From a bacterium (lineage in GTDB: Bacteria > Zhuqueibacterota > Zhuqueibacteria > Residuimicrobiales > Krinioviventaceae), in the NCBI GenBank assembly GCA_963693055.1, contig OY843751.1, positions 3,200,001 through 3,264,000 on the forward strand: 64,000 nucleotides of DNA, in the 5' to 3' direction. Below, one piece after another: positions 10,543-20,200 of the stretch (position 1 is its first letter; every line of letters begins with the position of its first letter). The notes under the pieces were generated by a model, which searched no databases, was not told the origin of the DNA, and saw only the letters and a list, made by a program, of their open reading frames with translations. The position numbers and the translations under genes are program-made.

Positions 10543-11442
10543 TTACTGCTGGGTAATATCAGTAACCACATCAGTTATTTTAATAGACTTGTGCTTGCTG
10601 CGTACACCTGGCACACCTCTAAATCTGACAGAGCCATCAACTAAAATATCCAGTGGTTTTTTTACCCATTGATTCAATACCATCAAGTCACCTTCATCAA
10701 GTTCCATCAACTCTTTGAATTTCAATTTGGTTTTGCCAAGGTTAACAATTACCGGAAAATCAGTTCGCAGAATCGTTTCCCGCATCTGCTCACGCTGGTA
10801 AACGGCTGCTTCCTGACTTTTAATTGAAATAGACCACTCTTTGATAGCTTTGAAAAAGGGACCCATCATAGGAATAGGTAAACAAATACTGATCTGATGT
10901 CTGTCATTCTGCATGGTTACATCATATACAACCAATATTGTTGGCTCACTTCGTCCAACAACCTGCGCCATGTATGGATTGGTTTCAAAAGATTTAACTG
11001 TAGATTCAACTGCTATCATGTTATACCATGCACGATCTAACATTTGCAGCATTCGGTCCAGAACACGCGTAATAATATTTTTCTCAATGGCAGTGTTGGG
11101 TCTTTCAAGTACTTTGGGAATTCCCAAACCACCGAATAAACGGTCAATTATCAAAAAAATAAAAGTTGGTGGAAGTTCAAAAATACCAGGTTGATCAGAT
11201 TTGTTGGTTGTAAATATACAAAGACCATCTGGCTCTGTACGTGAACCAATAAAATCACCAAACATTACTTCATCAATTCTTGACAATTGCACATCTGTTA
11301 AAGTTCTTAACAAGGTCGTAAAATATGCACCCAGCAGCTTGGCATATGCTTCATAAACCAAAGATAATGCAGACCGCTGCTCCTTTGTTAAGCGTCTGGG
11401 ATGACGAAAATCATATAACGATACCTTGACATTTTTACGCAT
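10543..11442 (-). CDS. fliM: flagellar switch protein FliM (no N-terminal LSQ peptide)
   Basis: YDFRHP, IDRLFGGLG, ETNP, C-terminal SpoA domain. Confidence 0.92.
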   Translation of the reverse strand: MRKNVKVSLYDFRHPRRLTKEQRSALSLVYEAYAKLLGAYFTTLLRTLTDVQLSRIDEVMFGDFIGSRTEPDGLCIFTTNKSDQPGIFELPPTFIFLIIDRLFGGLGIPKVLERPNTAIEKNIITRVLDRMLQMLDRAWYNMIAVESTVKSFETNPYMAQVVGRSEPTILVVYDVTMQNDRHQISICLPIPMMGPFFKAIKEWSISIKSQEAAVYQREQMRETILRTDFPVIVNLGKTKLKFKELMELDEGDLMVLNQWVKKPLDILVDGSVRFRGVPGVRSKHKSIKITDVVTDITQQ

Positions 11443-11492
11443 AGTTTTTCAGATCCTATATTTATACAGTTGCATAGAAACACTTGAATCTT

Positions 11493-11508
11493 TACAAACT
11501 ATGTGCCA
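11493..11508 (-). promoter_or_regulatory. sigma54 -24/-12 promoter for the fliM-cheY operon
   Basis: TGGCAC-ATAGT-TTGTA about 50 bp upstream of the fliM ATG. Confidence 0.7.
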
Positions 11509-11590
11509 GTAAATCAACATAGAAAAAAATATCATAAATTCATAATTTACAACAAGAAAGATCTAGGCAGGTTGTTATAGAAAAGAAACA

Positions 11591-11606
11591 GGGTAAAAAT
11601 TTACCC
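11591..11606. promoter_or_regulatory. palindrome, candidate enhancer (UAS) for the sigma54 activator
   Basis: GGGTAAA-AA-TTTACCC about 85 bp upstream of the sigma54 site. Confidence 0.5.
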
Positions 11607-11666
11607 AATTCTTGGGATTTCTTTCCTATAATAATTTAATTTGTTATCCCCCTAATAAACAATTAA

Positions 11667-12269
11667 TTATTGGAACAGATATTTCGTAAAATAAACACGC
11701 AAAACCTTGACATCACCCATAACAGATTCAATTAACAATTTTATTTCTTCACGCAAATAAGGGCGGTTATCAATATCTGATAGCCAAAGCACTGTTTTAC
11801 GAGAAATAAGAGTATTAACCGCATCATTAATTGCTGGCAATTTTGCATCCCATTTACTTTGCACATCTTTACCATTAATTACAAGGTTCATAGACATAAC
11901 AATATATCGTGTACCCCGCGTTTGAGCAGGATTGATAATCAAATCATCAAGTGTTAAAGTGATTGCGCCTTTTAATTCTTTTTCCGGTATTTCTTCTTCC
12001 AGATAATCAGATAATTCATTATAAAACTCGGCTTCTTTAATAGAATCCGCTTCCGCAAGAGCAGCATCCTCTCCATTTTCAATTGCTTCTCCAGAATCCT
12101 CACCCTCTTCTCCATCCTGTACATTTGAAACAACCAAGCCACCATTGTCTGGAACGGGTTGAGCAGGTTTATTGGGAGGTAATATATAAGTAACCAGACC
12201 ATAAGCCAGTCCTATCTGCAATATTATAATTGCAGCAAAAATACCAATTTTGGGCAGATGTTCTTTCAT
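11667..12269 (-). CDS. fliL: flagellar basal-body protein FliL
   Basis: N-terminal TM, LIINPAQTRGTRYI, C-terminal VYFTKYLFQ; follows motB. Confidence 0.9.
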   Translation of the reverse strand: MKEHLPKIGIFAAIIILQIGLAYGLVTYILPPNKPAQPVPDNGGLVVSNVQDGEEGEDSGEAIENGEDAALAEADSIKEAEFYNELSDYLEEEIPEKELKGAITLTLDDLIINPAQTRGTRYIVMSMNLVINGKDVQSKWDAKLPAINDAVNTLISRKTVLWLSDIDNRPYLREEIKLLIESVMGDVKVLRVYFTKYLFQ

Positions 12270-12294
12270 TTAAAAAACTCCAATATTACAAAAA

Positions 12295-13065
12295 CTATTT
12301 TAAATAGTTTCTAGATTCTATCAATTCTTGTCCACTTAGATACATATAATTCAAATATATTTCTACTCGACGATTTTTTGCCCGATGTTCCGGAGAATCA
12401 TTCGGGGCCACCGGTTTATACTCACTTCTACCAATTGCAATAATTGTTTTGGGATTAACTCCCATCTTGTCTACAAAAAAACGCAATACATTCAGTGCTC
12501 TTGCGGATGAAAGTTCCCAATTTGATCCATATTGCGTAGTGTTAATAGGTACATTGTCCGAATGACCTTCAACAACAACATGATAATCATACAAAACTAT
12601 CATTTTTCCTATTCTTGCCAATAAATCAAGCGCACGCCCTTTTAACTCTGCTTGTCCAGGTTCAAATAGCATGGTATTACCCAAACGAATAATTAAACCA
12701 TCATCAACTTTTTCAACAGCTATTTGATCGCTATCAGCCTCTTCCATATAACTGTTTTCGACTTGCTCGAGAAACTCGTCAATAGCATCGTGAGCTGATA
12801 TAGTTTCTTTCATATCCGGACGCGGGATCTGTTTGGGCATAATGCTTGAACCGGGTGCGTCTGTCAATGCACCTGTTGATCCTTGCAATGCTCCCATAGC
12901 CTGACGAAATTTTATAAGTTCAGTATTTGAAAATGACACAATCAGGATAAAAAAGGTTAACAAAAGTGTCATCAAATCTGCAAAACTTGCCATCCAACCA
13001 GGTGCACCTTCTTCAGCTGCTTTTTGCTTTTTAGGCGGTGGACATTTTGGGGCTTCGTCACTCAT
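12295..13065 (-). CDS. motB: stator B subunit MotB/PomB with OmpA-like domain
   Basis: WMASFADLMTLLLTFF, EGHSD, NWELSSARA, NRRVEI. Confidence 0.96.
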   Translation of the reverse strand: MSDEAPKCPPPKKQKAAEEGAPGWMASFADLMTLLLTFFILIVSFSNTELIKFRQAMGALQGSTGALTDAPGSSIMPKQIPRPDMKETISAHDAIDEFLEQVENSYMEEADSDQIAVEKVDDGLIIRLGNTMLFEPGQAELKGRALDLLARIGKMIVLYDYHVVVEGHSDNVPINTTQYGSNWELSSARALNVLRFFVDKMGVNPKTIIAIGRSEYKPVAPNDSPEHRAKNRRVEIYLNYMYLSGQELIESRNYLK

Positions 13066-13846
13066 CTAATTGGTTCTCATCTACACCTGCGGCCTGCTCT
13101 CTCTGACTCGGTGAGAGAATAGACAACAATTTATCGTTCAGTAATCTCGGGTTATCGCCAGCCTGAATAGAATAAATTGCATTCACAATTAATTGTTTAA
13201 CAGCAATTTCTTGTTCAGACCTGGCTTCTAATTTTGATGCCATGGGTAAAAATATCAAGTTTGCAAATATACTTCCGTAAAAGGTAGTTACCAGTGCCGT
13301 TGCCATACCTACACCAATCTGTGAAGGATCACTCAAAGAAGAAAGCATCTGAATCAAACCAATCAGCGTTCCAACCATACCAAAAGCAGGACATAAACCG
13401 CCCATCGTCTTGAACATTTTTTGTCCTATTTCATGACGATCTTCAATATGGTTCATTTCCATTACAAGTATATCATTAATAACTTCTTTTTTGATACCGT
13501 CAACCATTAATTGAATACCTTTTCGGGTAAAATTGTCATTGGTTGCGTATATATCTTCTTCCAAAGCAAGTAAACCATCTTTTCTGGCTTTACGTGAAAG
13601 AACATACCAAAACTCGACAGTTTCCTGAATTGAATCTAATTTTTCAGTAAAAGCATTTCTTGATACTTTTATGACTTTGACAACATCACTCACCGGATGG
13701 CTTACAAAAGTTGCCGCCACTGTTCCACCCATCACAATAATAAATGAAGGTAAATTAAAGAAAAATTGCCATCCCTGACCCAAAAAGATCATTGCAAAGA
13801 TCAAAACAAAACCGGATGACATTCCAATGACTGTACCTTTGTCCAT
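13058..13846 (-). CDS. motA: stator A subunit MotA/PomA
   Basis: ARKDGLLALE, PAFGMVGTLIGLI, ALVTTFYG. Confidence 0.96.
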   Translation of the reverse strand: MDKGTVIGMSSGFVLIFAMIFLGQGWQFFFNLPSFIIVMGGTVAATFVSHPVSDVVKVIKVSRNAFTEKLDSIQETVEFWYVLSRKARKDGLLALEEDIYATNDNFTRKGIQLMVDGIKKEVINDILVMEMNHIEDRHEIGQKMFKTMGGLCPAFGMVGTLIGLIQMLSSLSDPSQIGVGMATALVTTFYGSIFANLIFLPMASKLEARSEQEIAVKQLIVNAIYSIQAGDNPRLLNDKLLSILSPSQREQAAGVDENQLDE

Positions 13847-13904
13847 AACTAACCATTACTTTTTTTAATATTCAGTGCTATATACAAATTTTTATACATT
13901 ATTA

Positions 13905-13931
13905 TTATCGGTTAAATCTGTACAAACTTGA
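13905..13931 (-). promoter_or_regulatory. sigma28 (FliA) promoter for motAB-fliL
   Basis: TCAA-N15-ACCGATAA matches TAAA-N15-GCCGATAA with exact spacing. Confidence 0.75.
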
Positions 13932-13969
13932 ATTAAAAGAAAATTGGGGTGAGTTTGTCTACTCACCCC
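13932..13969 (-). terminator. intrinsic terminator after flgE
   Basis: GGGGTGAGT/ACTCACCCC 9-bp stem (13946-13969) followed on the minus strand by AATTTTCTTTT. Confidence 0.75.
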
Positions 13970-13978
13970 CTATTTATA

Positions 13979-16009
13979 TTACCTTGTTTTTAACTGAACA
14001 ATTTCATTCAACAGGGTATCACTTGTTGTAATGATACGTGAATTTGCCTGAAAACCTCTTTGTGAGATAATCATATTTGCAAATTCTTCAGCAAGGTCAA
14101 CATTAGACATTTCAAGATTTTCAGGTGCAATTTCAGCTTGAATAGTTGAACCTGCCCAACCGCGGACAGGCATACCACTATTTGCGCCAACCTGAAAAAC
14201 ATTTTCACCAACCTGGTCAAAACCCTGAGGATTATTAACAGTTGCTACTGCAACCTGGGCAATTGTCTGACTTACACCATTGGTGAAATGACCGGTAATT
14301 GTACCAGTTTCATCAAATGAAAAGTCATAAAGTTCACCCATGCCGTAACCATCTTGCATACTGGGTACTGCAGAAGTTGTACTATTAAATTGTGTTAAAC
14401 CATTAAAATAACCCGCTTCACCAGGATCAAGAACAACTTCCATTGTGGCAGAACCATCACCCGGTTCAAAAGTCAATGGATTACCATCTTCAATCTCAAT
14501 TGCAGATAAACTACCATCAGGATTAAACTTGCAATAGCCTCTGTTACCGGCTGTTGGTTCAATTGTACCATCATCAATCGTACATTCCCATTTCCACAAA
14601 TCAGGATCAGTTAATGTTGAAATATTGGTAAATTCAATTTCCAATGTATGTGGTGTACCTTTAGAGTCATAAATCAAAATACTTGTAGTATGTACACCGG
14701 CATCCTGACCTTCAATTTGAGTATTGAATGTAGGAGTTGAAACAGAGTTGAAATTCTGGTCGGTCATACTGATAGCACATGTACGTTCAGAAACACCAGC
14801 TTCAGAATCTGATACTGTTACATTACCAGCAGAATCTATAGTAACTTCGGCTCCTGGAAAAACGGAATCAATAGCAGCTAACAAATCACCAACTGTACTG
14901 GGGTTACCCATACCGTCAGCATCTGCCTGGTAAACAAATACACCGGATTTACCATAACCTTCTTTATCAGCTCCGTTGATGTTGATTTCGTCACCATCTA
15001 CAAGTACGCCATCAAAAAATGGAACATCATTCAACGATGTTGATGAAGTTGTTCCATATTCAGTACCTGTGATACCCAAAGTTGAACCTGTATCTGAAAA
15101 AGTACCACCAATAGTTATAAAAGTATCGGCACCGCCTGTGTCAGTAGTACGGATTCTGAGATAATCCATATTATTTTCTGTTATAGATTCAGCAACAATT
15201 TCACTGGTCAACTGGCGGGTTGAATCTATCTGTTTATTGATTTCCGCTACCAACTCTTTCAATGTACCATAGGTACCATTTGTTAGTGTCAATGTGGCTG
15301 TTAAACTTTCATCAGCATCATCATCAATAGAAATCTCTATCTGATTATTGGTATCATCAATCAAAATACCATTGGGATCAGCAGCCAAAACATCTGACCA
15401 GGAATTCATACTGGTAACTGCTGCATTTTTAGAATAATCAGCAGCGAGTACTTTGGAAACTTTACTGGTATCAGAATTTAAATTACCTGTCAATTGAACT
15501 TGTGAAGTGGCCTGTGCAGGCGCTTTTTGGCCAAAAGGTAAAGCGATACTCGAAATATCTGTAGAATTGGTAAGATCGCCAGTAGCATCGGCTGTACGTC
15601 CCTGTACACGAAGACCGGTATTTCCATATACCAAATAACCGCTACTGTCTATGGTAAAATTACCTGCACGGGTAAAGTATTCCTGTTCGCCATCGCTGAG
15701 CAAAAAGAATGCATCGCCATCAATAGCGAGATCCAGGCTGCTGCCTGTACTTTGAAAATCTCCCTGGGTAAAGAGTTTATCAATACTACCGATTGACATA
15801 CCAATACCAACATATTGGGGATTCACACCACCTGTAGCTGTAGAAGGTTGAGAACCAATGGTAAGAGCTTGAGAAAGGTTTTCTTGAAAATTTACACGAG
15901 CTGCCTTGTATGCAGTTGTGTTAACATTTGCAATATTATTACCAATTACGTCTAACTGGACTTGATGATTACGAAGTCCAGAGACCCCTGCGTATAATGA
16001 ACGTAACAT
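13979..16009 (-). CDS. flgE: flagellar hook protein FlgE (676 aa, extended central domains)
   Basis: MLRSLYAGVSGL..GNNIANVNT, FTRAGNF, LEMSNVDLAEEFANMIISQRGFQANSR. Confidence 0.95.
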   Translation of the reverse strand: MLRSLYAGVSGLRNHQVQLDVIGNNIANVNTTAYKAARVNFQENLSQALTIGSQPSTATGGVNPQYVGIGMSIGSIDKLFTQGDFQSTGSSLDLAIDGDAFFLLSDGEQEYFTRAGNFTIDSSGYLVYGNTGLRVQGRTADATGDLTNSTDISSIALPFGQKAPAQATSQVQLTGNLNSDTSKVSKVLAADYSKNAAVTSMNSWSDVLAADPNGILIDDTNNQIEISIDDDADESLTATLTLTNGTYGTLKELVAEINKQIDSTRQLTSEIVAESITENNMDYLRIRTTDTGGADTFITIGGTFSDTGSTLGITGTEYGTTSSTSLNDVPFFDGVLVDGDEININGADKEGYGKSGVFVYQADADGMGNPSTVGDLLAAIDSVFPGAEVTIDSAGNVTVSDSEAGVSERTCAISMTDQNFNSVSTPTFNTQIEGQDAGVHTTSILIYDSKGTPHTLEIEFTNISTLTDPDLWKWECTIDDGTIEPTAGNRGYCKFNPDGSLSAIEIEDGNPLTFEPGDGSATMEVVLDPGEAGYFNGLTQFNSTTSAVPSMQDGYGMGELYDFSFDETGTITGHFTNGVSQTIAQVAVATVNNPQGFDQVGENVFQVGANSGMPVRGWAGSTIQAEIAPENLEMSNVDLAEEFANMIISQRGFQANSRIITTSDTLLNEIVQLKTR

Positions 16010-16019
16010 TGTTATATCT

Positions 16020-16095
16020 CCTTAAATAGAGTTCTAAAACCGCGTCTGTCATTCGGCGGTTTAGAGCCTCCCACTTGGGGTCCGGCCCTTTGAAT
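16020..16095 (-). promoter_or_regulatory. candidate structured cis-regulatory RNA in the flgE leader
   Basis: GC-rich island in AT-rich DNA with stem TCTAAACCGC/GCGGTTTTAGA just before the RBS. Confidence 0.45.
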
Positions 16096-16100
16096 TCAAA

Positions 16101-16505
16101 TTAATTAATTACTAGTGCACTATCGATATTAGTGAACACATTTTCACGTAAACCTTCACTGTCCATGGCAGTGATCACAGTTCGATTCGCAGCACTGACA
16201 ACAAAAGCATTATTATCCATAAGAATCAGAGATTCATTTCCGCCTTTTTCAAGAATTTTGTCAATGCCGTTTTGCAATCGTATTCGGTCTTCATCAGATA
16301 ATTGAATATTTCTTTCCTGAATACGATTTTGCGCGTGTACGGAAAACTTTAGATCATCAGTTTGTTGACTGGTTTGCTGATCTAGAATTTCCTGAAAACT
16401 GGTTCCGATTTGTGCCTGAGCATTAATACTTTTCTTGATTCGCTCAGCACCTGATGGCCCTCGGATGCCAGAAATATTGTTTATGTTCTCAGGCAAAAAA
16501 CTCAC
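16101..16505 (-). CDS. flagellar operon protein, TIGR02530 family
   Basis: LKFSVHAQNRIQERNI, NRTVITAMD...VFTNIDS; located between flgD and flgE. Confidence 0.9.
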   Translation of the reverse strand: MSFLPENINNISGIRGPSGAERIKKSINAQAQIGTSFQEILDQQTSQQTDDLKFSVHAQNRIQERNIQLSDEDRIRLQNGIDKILEKGGNESLILMDNNAFVVSAANRTVITAMDSEGLRENVFTNIDSALVIN

Positions 16506-16523
16506 CTCCTTTCATAATTTTTT

Positions 16524-17231
16524 TTATGCTTCAGTATCTGTATTTTCTTCACTATTTTCTGCACCACTTTCTGCTGCAGCAATTTCTAGAACTTCACTGA
16601 TAGATATTTCTGCATCGCCTACCATAAAAGTTGGGGTACCATCATTATAACGTAAACCGGTTACTGTTCCACGGAATACAGGAACAAAATTAACCTTTTC
16701 ACCATTGTCGTTATATGCTGCAACATCCATATGATACACACCTTCGCTAACTGTACCACCACCCAGGTTTGAACCATCCCAGGTTGCGGTTACTTTACCG
16801 GCATTCTGGTAATCCATATCTATTGTTTTAACCAAAGTACCATCTTCAGTGTATATGGATACAGTCACATCTGAGGCATCTTCAGCAAGTGTAAATTCGA
16901 CTTCTTTTTCACCACTTCCTGAATATATAACAGAATCTGACTGGGCAAGAATATCTTTACCAATAACCGAAGACACAATAGAGTTGTGCATTGATTGTGT
17001 GAGGTATGCGTCTGTCTCCAGTTGCTCGTTAACTGTGTATAATTGTTCTAGTGAACTAAACTGTGCTAATTGGGCTACATACTCTGTATTGTCCATGGGA
17101 TCTAGGGGATCCTGATATTTTAATTCAGTAACCATCAGGTTCAAAAAGGCATCTTTATCCATCTCACGGGATGCCGAGTTGTCTGAATTAACACTGTATT
17201 CGTAATATGTACCAACCGATGAAATTGGCAT
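16524..17231 (-). CDS. flgD: hook capping protein FlgD
   Basis: FLNLMVTELKYQDPLDPMDNTEYVAQLAQFSSLEQ. Confidence 0.97.
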   Translation of the reverse strand: MPISSVGTYYEYSVNSDNSASREMDKDAFLNLMVTELKYQDPLDPMDNTEYVAQLAQFSSLEQLYTVNEQLETDAYLTQSMHNSIVSSVIGKDILAQSDSVIYSGSGEKEVEFTLAEDASDVTVSIYTEDGTLVKTIDMDYQNAGKVTATWDGSNLGGGTVSEGVYHMDVAAYNDNGEKVNFVPVFRGTVTGLRYNDGTPTFMVGDAEISISEVLEIAAAESGAENSEENTDTEA

Positions 17232-17246
17232 AATTAACTCCTAATT

Positions 17247-20200
17247 TTATGCAAGTGTTTCATATACAGATTGAAACTCTGTATACTGTTTGTCTTGGGT
17301 TCTGCTTTTTGAAATAGCAGAATTGTTTTGATTATTTTGTTGTTCCTGTCGTTGTCTGTTAAATGCATGTTGTCTTGACATGTCTTGTTGATCCGAATTC
17401 TCTGAAGATACAATACGTAATTCCTGCACCTGAACCTGGGACTTTGATAATGATTGTCGTAATTCAGGCATTGCCTGCTCAAGCATACGTTGAGACTGTT
17501 CAGACTGTACTTTTAATACAATCTGTACATCATTGTCTTGTTTAGTTAATTCTATTCTTAACAAACCCAACTCTGCTGTTCGAGCGCTTAGAGCCAATTT
17601 CTCGTCAGTGCTACGATTTAACAACATCTCATATCCTTCATGGATCTGCTGACTGAGATATGATATTTCAGATTTGGAAGCAACAATATTTGCATTCATC
17701 TGACTTGAAAATGTAGCATTATTAACTGCTGAATTTGAAAATACTGTCTGACCTTTGAAATTTGATTGCTCAGATAGGTTCTGTTCATTAGAGCCCATAT
17801 CTTTTTGAAACTCCTCTGTCACAGCTTTTTCAGTAACCAGAGTAACCGGTTTTGCTGTCTGGGTTTGGTTAGAGTTTGATTGTGTTTTATTAACTGTTGC
17901 AGGTTTATTCTCTGAAGCTGCAACAAATACATGTTTATTTTCTACATTGTCTGCATCACCAAAAGATTTTGCTTGCGATACCGATTGTGCAAGTACCTGT
18001 TTTTGATTTGTGCTCACTTTGGGCTGTTCAACAGTCTCGGATGCAATATTTGAATTCTTTTCGTTTTTAGCTATCATACTTTCTGATATAGCTGTCTTGC
18101 CTGGGGTATCTTTGGTTTGCAACCTACTATCATCATCCTTGAGTTCTGTTTTATCAACTTCCATATTACTGGTATTGGGTACGACAGTTTTTGATTGATA
18201 CTTTTTATTCGAATCAGATTTGATTTCAGTATCACTACCTGTTTTAGCTTGAAAAGTATTTTCATCAAACTTTGTATCATCCAGTTCGTATTCAGTAACT
18301 TTTGGGTTCTGCAAAGTTGGATTACTTCCCTGACTTTTGTTCACACTAAATTTATTTACAACCTGTTGCTTGTTTGTGTTGTCTTGTTTTTCATCAACAA
18401 TAGCTGTTGATTTTTCTGCAATAACATCAGCTTTAACCTTAGATACTGGTTTGATAGCTTTATCACTTTTTTCTGATTCTACTGAAACTCTGGACTCTAA
18501 ACTCGAATTCAAATCAGTATTAATTTTTGAATTTACAAATTTATCTTTATTGGAATTGACAGTTACCGTTGTTTCTTTCTTTTGATCGACTGTATTGTTA
18601 ACAATTCCAAAAGTTTGGTTTTGAACAATATTTTTTTCAGCAGATGCAGTTGCTATGTATTCATTTCGAATTGAATCCATTAATGGTTTTGTGCTTTTGA
18701 TGGCATTATTTTTTTCTGTATGCATCTCTGGCAAAGGTTCAATAACTTTTTGATTACTTTTTTCAGTTACAACTCTTTCCGTGTTTTTATTTAAGGCTAA
18801 TATCGTTTGCTTTTCATCAAGTTGCACCTTTTCATCAACAAGCGAAATTTGACTATCATTGTTTGCAGTATTAATTTTGTCCGAAACTGTCAAAGAATTC
18901 TGAGTATCAACTATTTTATCAGAAACACGAACAGCATCAACAACAACTTTGTTTTCATTTACTTTGGCAGCAGGTTCATTCAAAGATGTTTTAATAACTG
19001 CATCATCTTTCACCTGTTTGGATTCGGTTTTAGAAACTGATGGTCCCGGTGTGGAAACTGTCTTTATTTTATTACCATCCTTAACAGTGGAATCAGTTTC
19101 AATGTTAACTGATCCATTTTTATTTTCTGCCAGGGGTGTATCAGATTGTTTCTGAGCAGCATTGTCAGACTGATTAGATTTTACAATAAATTGTTTGATT
19201 TTTGTGATCACATTCTTGGTATCAACTCCTTGATCTGCTTTTGCAACAGATTTTGCATCTGTATTTTGGGAATCAGTTTTAGCAATCTCTGGCTCTGATA
19301 AAGTCATCAGTTTCATTTCTCTTTTGGCTGTCAGCTTGTTAATTTCTGTATCGGCAAAAGTATTGGACTTGATTTCTTTAGGTATTGATTCAACTTTTTT
19401 TGAATTATTAGATGTAACAGTATCTATCTTGTTATTTTCTACTGATGCTTGTTGTTTTGCAGCTGGTTTTGTGTTCTCTGACTTTACATCATTCACAATC
19501 ACACTGGCTGTTGTATTTTTAACAGATGCAGATTGTTTTGCTGTACTCGCAGATTGTACGGATGCTTTGGTTTCAGCAACAACCTTATTTTGTACAGATC
19601 CGGATTCTTTTATAGATGGAGCGGCAATATCTGTTTTATTTTTTTTTGTATTAATAACAGTTGGTTCTAAATTCACACTATTAACAGACTTTGTTGATTT
19701 TGAATTATCAGGAACCAGAGTTTCATTTGGTTTTTCCATTTTAGCATTCCGAGTAATTGACTCGGAATTTGTCACAGTCTCTTTTTCAGTCTTTGAGGAT
19801 ACAGCTTTAGTTTCAACTTTAAAATTTTCATGGGTTTTTGCATGATTCGTAACTGTCGGGTTAACGTTTACATTTTCTGATTTACTATAGCTTACCGATT
19901 CAATAGCAGGATCGGTCATTCTTAAAGATTCTGCTTTGATCGAATTCTGACTATTATTTTGCAAACTGGTTATCAACTCATTTTTAGCAGTATCTTTAAT
20001 CTCATTTGTTGCATGCTCACCCCGAATCAGAGGTTTATTTGATGTTTGATAATCTGCTTTATTTTCAACTTTGGGAGTTGATTGCAAATTGTTTTTTACT
20101 GTGATATTATCTTGAACGGGTTTACTCTCTGCCACAGTTGTGTTTTTAGTATCGCTTGTTTTGGGGGTTTCAATTTCCGTACGTGTAACATTATCATTAT

